64,000 nucleotides of DNA, taken from assembly GCF_009914755.1 (NCBI RefSeq), contig NC_060926.1; one strand, written 5' to 3'. A program made the translations under genes and the position numbers. The notes beneath the pieces were generated by a model. It was not told where the DNA came from. It saw only the letters and a list, made by a program, of their open reading frames with translations, and did not search any database. Positions 57,740-64,000 of this stretch are shown in pieces. Numbering within the stretch: the first letter of the stretch is position 1; each line of letters starts with the position of its first letter. The stretch comes from the human T2T-CHM13v2.0 reference genome, Homo sapiens.

Positions 57740-58862
57740 ACTTTCCTCATTTTCATAGTTCATCTGAGGTAATCAGAGTTACTGATAAGGCCTGGCAGTC
57801 ACAGAATTGGTGGAGGAATCTGTGCAAATTTGAGCTGCTGTGGAAACCCTGGTGGTTTGTGGATTGCTAGCCAAAGCCCTTGAGTCTTCAGTGCAAGAGT
57901 ATGGTCTGAATAATAATCATTTTTCTTATATAATGTATCATGACATAAGCTTCAAAATGTAATTGTATTGAAAATCATGTTTACTGTGAACAACTGAAGA
58001 GTCCAAGTGGGACTGATTGTCTCAGGGTGAATCGATAGCTTCTCCTGTCAATGTTGAGCTTCGGCTTTCTGGCCCGTGAGGAAGCTGACTCTTTGTCCCT
58101 GGCCCACTCAGGAGCCCAGCTGGCCCACTTGGGGATTCAAGCTTGGAATCTTCTATTCAGTGAAGCCCTTTTTTTAGCTGGTTTGTTGACAAGCTACCAA
58201 CATCCATCAAATATGCCAGCATATGCCTCCAGAACTCTGTCTTTCTCAGAAAACAAGCTGTGGCAGCCAGGTCAGCAATTATGGGCCCAGTGGGAAGTCG
58301 GCCAGTGCTGGCATTCTCAGTACTCCAGGATGGGGGAGCGCATGCTGGCTCTGTCTTGACCCAAAAGGAGAGGTTGTGCACTGTAGAGCCTGCCTTCATT
58401 CTAAGGACTCTGGAGCATGATTGGCCTCTCCTTCATATTCTAGAGAAGCCTGCCAATGTATCAGCATCTTAACAAACCACGAATTGAATTGAATTAAGTT
58501 TGTAATAATGGGTTCTTAAAAATCGATTTTGAAAAAAGGGGAAGAAATTGTTCACTCCAGGAAGTAAATATCTAACAGCTGTGTTCTGGGTCACTGGCAT
58601 GGCAGATAAAATAGAGAACTCTGAGGAACAGATAACAGGTATTAATATGAAGGAAAACATTCCACAACGACCACATTAGGGTTTTACTACCTTGGCAAGG
58701 CACAATAAAATTGGGTAACGGGGGTAGGTAGCCAGGATTATGCAGGCTGACCATGCAAGTAATCTGATGCATTTTCTAAAACACAAAGAGCTCTTTCTAA
58801 AAACCCAAACCAATCATACATTTTCCCTACTTTAAATGATTTAGTAGTTATTTCTCCATTGA

Positions 58863-59500
<638 letters not shown>

Positions 59501-60680
59501 CAAGTTTGATTCCTGATAGATCCTAGATGGGACCCTGCACTTTGTCTCTCTCCTCCTTGCCTTGAGCTTGCAGCTCCTTCCTTCTGGTGGGACTGCCCTT
59601 CCCACTTCCACTCCCTCCTTCTATTCTCCTATTCCCACCACACCCCCACCTCACCAGCCTGACTGCCTCTTATGTCTCAGGACTCTGGAGAAACATTGAC
59701 CCTGCCTGGACACCCTCCTAACCCTCTGCCCCTCCCTGGAGAGGGTTCAGCGCTCCCTCAGCACACAGTGCTCACCTCCTTCCAATGGATGTAGAATTGC
59801 GTGCTTGCTCTCTCCAGCTTAGTCCTCGAGAGCAGGGACCTCTGTAGAGCTTGAACACAAGAATGCATGAGTGAAGGAAAACCACAAAAATAAAAAAGGA
59901 TAGAGGGTTTGAGCTTCGGGAAGATGGTGGGGATAGAGAGGGCATTGTACCTCTACCATAACAAAGCCTCCCACATGTGTACATGGTTTCCCTGCTCTCC
60001 CAGAAAGGGAGCAAGTGAAAGAGCAAGTGAAGAAGAGCAGGGAACCCAGGGAAATTCAGAGCAACATTTAAGGAAAAGAAAACTTCTTATTTAACATCAT
60101 CCTTCCCTTCTTTAAATCAGCAATCAGCATTTTTTTTTTTTTGAGCTTTGGTTTTCCTACTTTACAAATGGGGAAAAATATGGACCTTTCAGGGCTACTA
60201 AGAACATTACCTTAGGTAATGTGTGTATATTAGTTCCTTTTCCCCCTGGGAAATGGATTCAGAGAAAGAAATCTCCACAAGTGTGTTAGAGAAGTTGTGA
60301 TAGAGAATATGGGAGATATATTCAGTTTTATGTTTTTGGTACCTTTAAATCTGAAGTGATCACACATTTCCCATCTGCCATAAAGAGCCCATGTCTACCC
60401 TTTTTACTCCTTTCTACACACTTTCTTTTTTTCCTTTTAAAAGAGAATCTGCCAAGATGCTTGTACAACACAAATAAAGATTTTGATTTCTATAACCAGA
60501 CCCCATGCAGCAAATTAAGTTCCAAAGAGATATCCAGAAAAAGTCGTTATGATACTACCTCATGAGGAAAAAGCAGCATATAATAGTTTATCTCTTATTA
60601 ACAGCAACCTATAACCATGTGGGTCTTTATTATTATCATTTTAAATCTGCTTTTCCAAGTGAAGTTGGGAGTGCTGAGTA

Positions 60681-60787
60681 TTCTTCTTGAAACTCATCCT
60701 GTTTTTTTTCATGTGCTATCATGCATAGGAATATCAGAAATTTTAAAAGAAAAGCTATGTTAGGAGTTGTCACAGTTAGCTTTGGAA
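60681..60787 (+). repeat. ~107-bp spaced direct duplication, copy B
   Basis: Matches 57635-57739. Confidence 0.95.
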
Positions 60788-62419
60788 GCTGATTCTAAGT
60801 TAATGTACATGCTAAATCCTAAAGAAAGTGTTGAAAAAAATCAAGCAATAGTATAAAAAGCATTAACTATATTAAATAAAATAGTACATTATAAAATACT
60901 CAATACTAGTGTCTGGGAAGGAGTAGGAAGTATTCAGTTGGGGAAACCTTTAATCCTTCTTTGAAAGTTTTGAAAACCCTTTTCTCTCTCTGGGAAATGG
61001 CTGGAGCCTGTTGTGTGCAATGTAATTAATATTGCAGAAGTGCAGAGTGTTTGGCTGAAATCTCTGAGAACAGCAAAGTGTAGCTCTTATCAGGTACTGG
61101 TGGTGGTCGGAGGAAAGCTCCCGCACCCCACCAGGCTAGTTCTGTGCTTACTAAAGGCCATGCATCCTCTCTGCACCAATAAGCATGTGTGAGTCACACA
61201 GGGATCACAGCTCCAGTGGCTGAGCATGGCCTGCAGAAGAAACTAACTCTCCCAGTGTGGATGGTAAGCTGGCTCTGAATGGTGAAATAGATGATGCGCA
61301 GGAACTCAGGGGAGACTTGGGCAACATCACACTTGGGCATAGGCACCTCAATGGATCACAGCTCATTTCACAGGTGGTTCTGGATGGCATACCCTTCCGA
61401 GTCCATTGCGAGGCTCTGAATTAATGTGGCAAACAGCGTACATCTGGCCCTTGTCCTCATGAGATGCATTGACGTGTTGGACAACTGGACTATAAACCAC
61501 TGAGAAAACAGATGAGCATCTAATCCAATTGCGAGGTGCATTATGAAGGGAATGGCAAGGTGCTTAGAGGGAGACTAACAGGGATGGAGGACCCCTTAGA
61601 AAAAGGGCCAGGTGGGAACCGACAGATGAGCTGAGCATCGTGGTCCAAGTGGGCAGCGCATGGGAAAGAGCTCAGTGGACTCAGCGTGGGTGGGTCAGAC
61701 AGGGTAGGTTTGAATCCTGGCCCTGGCACTTGCTCACTATATACCTCTTTGTCTCTTTGTGCCGTGTTTGTCTTATTTGTAAAGGGGGAATAATAATAGT
61801 ATTTTCCTCAAAGGTTAATTGATGTGTTTAAATGAGTTCCTGTGCAAAAAAACATCTAGAGAATTGCAGGGCTTATGATGTGGGCTCCACACACATTATC
61901 CTAGCCCCACACATACATGCATATGCACATACACTAAAATCACAGCATGCCTGGAGCAGTGTGAGGGTTGAAGAAAGGAACAGAAGATGAGGTGGGAGAG
62001 GTGAACAGAGCAGGATCATGTGGAGTCCTGGAGACTGAAATTAATTATCAGGGCAAAGGAAGTTCAATGAAATACTTTAGCAATGCTGAGGTATGATGTT
62101 TCTTATGCTTTTTATCGTTAAAAACTGTGTCAGGTGAAGGTGGCAAAAGTGAAATCTGGGAGGCAGTTCTGAAACTATTAATAGAAAACGGAAAGCAGGC
62201 AATGATGATGAGGACATGAGTGCACGCCTACTCAGTGTGATGTGAAGGCTACCGAATCCCAAACCCAGACAGAATTTTTTCACACCAAGTTCTTGATAGC
62301 ATCTTTATGCTGTGCTTGAAAATCTTCACTACTGAGTACTTTCTTTCTATAAATAAGGAAATGTGGGGATAAAATGTTGTTGAATGCCTTTGTATTTTCA
62401 GGTCTGAGATTGTGCAATT

Positions 62420-62580
62420 TTCACAATGACTTTGAAGGTAGGTTCCTATAAGCCCCATCATACAGATAGGAGAACTGGAGCTCAAAGAAATCAAGAAAGT
62501 TGCTTCAACCAACACCTGCCCCCAGGTAGTAAGGAGTAAAACCAGAACTGAAACCCAGCTCTGTTAGACTCGTTCTACTG
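62420..62580 (-). mobile_element. MIR SINE
   Basis: 'tcacaatgactttgaaggtagg..cccatcatacagataggagaactggagctcaaagaaatcaag'. Confidence 0.6.
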
Positions 62581-62964
62581 ATTGGCTTAGTTTTCTCTAG
62601 GTCTCATGACAACGTGGAGATGTGTTTTCTTAAGAGATAACCTATGTCCCTTTGCCATCAACATTTGTATCCTCAGTTAAGTCACTAGACTAGCCAGACA
62701 TTGGAGGGAATGGAATGCAGATCATAGTAACGATGATGAATGGAGAGGGAGGTGAGTGAGTGAGTGGACTGGAGAAAAGAAAACATTTGGAATTCAGTAC
62801 TTGACCCAAGAACTCAGGCCTGCATGAGGGGTCCAGGCAGCCAAGTACACTGGAGTATGACATTATAAAATGAAGAGGAATGGGGGAAATAGCAGCAACA
62901 TAATGAATATTTATATTTACATAAATTTCTCCATAACCATTGCTTGGACAAAAAAGTGTCAAAG

Positions 62965-63205
62965 ATATATATATATATATATATATAAAATTTCTTTATA
63001 TAAATATTATATATAATTTCTTTATATAAACATTATATATAATTTCTTTATATAAACATTATATATAATTTCTTTATATAAACATTATATATAATTTCTT
63101 TATATAAACATTATATATAATTTCTTTATATAAATATAAATAAATTTTAATAAATAAAATTTAATAAATAAATATTATATGTAATATTTATTTATATAAA
63201 TATTA
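62965..63205. repeat. (AT)n plus 26-bp AT-rich minisatellite (~5.6 copies, 62989-63134)
   Basis: Unit aatttctttatataaacattatatat starts at 62989, 63015, 63041, 63067 and 63093, with a partial copy at 63119. Confidence 0.93.
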
Positions 63206-64000
63206 ATCCAAATTCTCTCACTGCTTTCTTATAATCAGTTGTAAGTGTAATTGAATACATTGTTATGCACCATTTTACAAGGATGGAAAGTGAGGCCCTT
63301 AGTTTTGACATAAATTTAACCCCAGTCAGACACCTGGTGAGTAGTAGAGCTGCTCTATAGAGGGCTCCTCTCCTTAGTTTAATGTCTTTACCAGGGAACC
63401 AAAGGCAAATTTCCTCCATGTGGTTTTAGTTCACCACACAAGGGACCCCACCTGCCATGTTCAGGCTCTGTGCTCAGTGCTGGTGCTGGCTGGGAGATGA
63501 AGAGTATAGTGGTGGTATGAGTGAGTGGACAGGATGTATATAATTTGTGGATGGTGATTCTCACATGGCATGTGATAGCAAAAACAGAGGGGTGTACCCA
63601 GTGCTAGGGAAACCCAAAGTTCAGATGCAATATCTGTCTATGGGGGTGGGACAAATGCATCCATGAATAATGATGGAATTGAGTTACTGCTTCAAAGACT
63701 CCATGTGTGGTATGTCTCAGCTTGCAAGAAATGCCTCACTGGGAACTAGAGATCTTTCTGTCCCTTCTCCATCATGCTGGCCTCCTGCAGTACTGAGATG
63801 CACCAAACATTCTCACGCCTCTGTTATCCCTCCTGGAGACACTGGGTCCCTCCTTTCCCTGGGGTAACTCCTACATATTGTTAAAGGCCAATATACCACT
63901 CACTTTCTCTAAGAAACCCTGTCTGAATCTACCCCCTTTGAACTGAGTCAGTTCAGTTAGCATTACTGTGAGTATTAATGTCTGCATTTGCCATTAGAAA

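Overview
Human (or at least hominid) genomic DNA, not microbial. The window is almost entirely intronic. It holds one 148-bp coding exon on the + strand (48864-49011) whose translation matches the end of the discoidin/F5-8C domain of CNTNAP5 (Caspr5; recognised from memory as exon 4). The rest is transposon-rich intron: a full-length, sense-oriented L1PA2-like LINE-1 (ORF1 open, ORF2 broken), 13 Alus including a young AluYb, an LTR7-family (HERV-H) solo LTR with a perfect 5-bp TSD, MLT/MST/THE1 LTRs, and old L1M, L2, MIR and MER5 fragments. I found no new gene system. The most notable structures are: (1) a ~485-bp local duplication that preserves the empty pre-insertion site of the L1; (2) a second ~105-bp spaced duplication; (3) two Alus inserted successively into the same target site; (4) an inverted Alu pair bracketing the frameshifting exon, created by the young AluYb. 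Repeat subfamily calls come from remembered consensus sequences, not from a database search.
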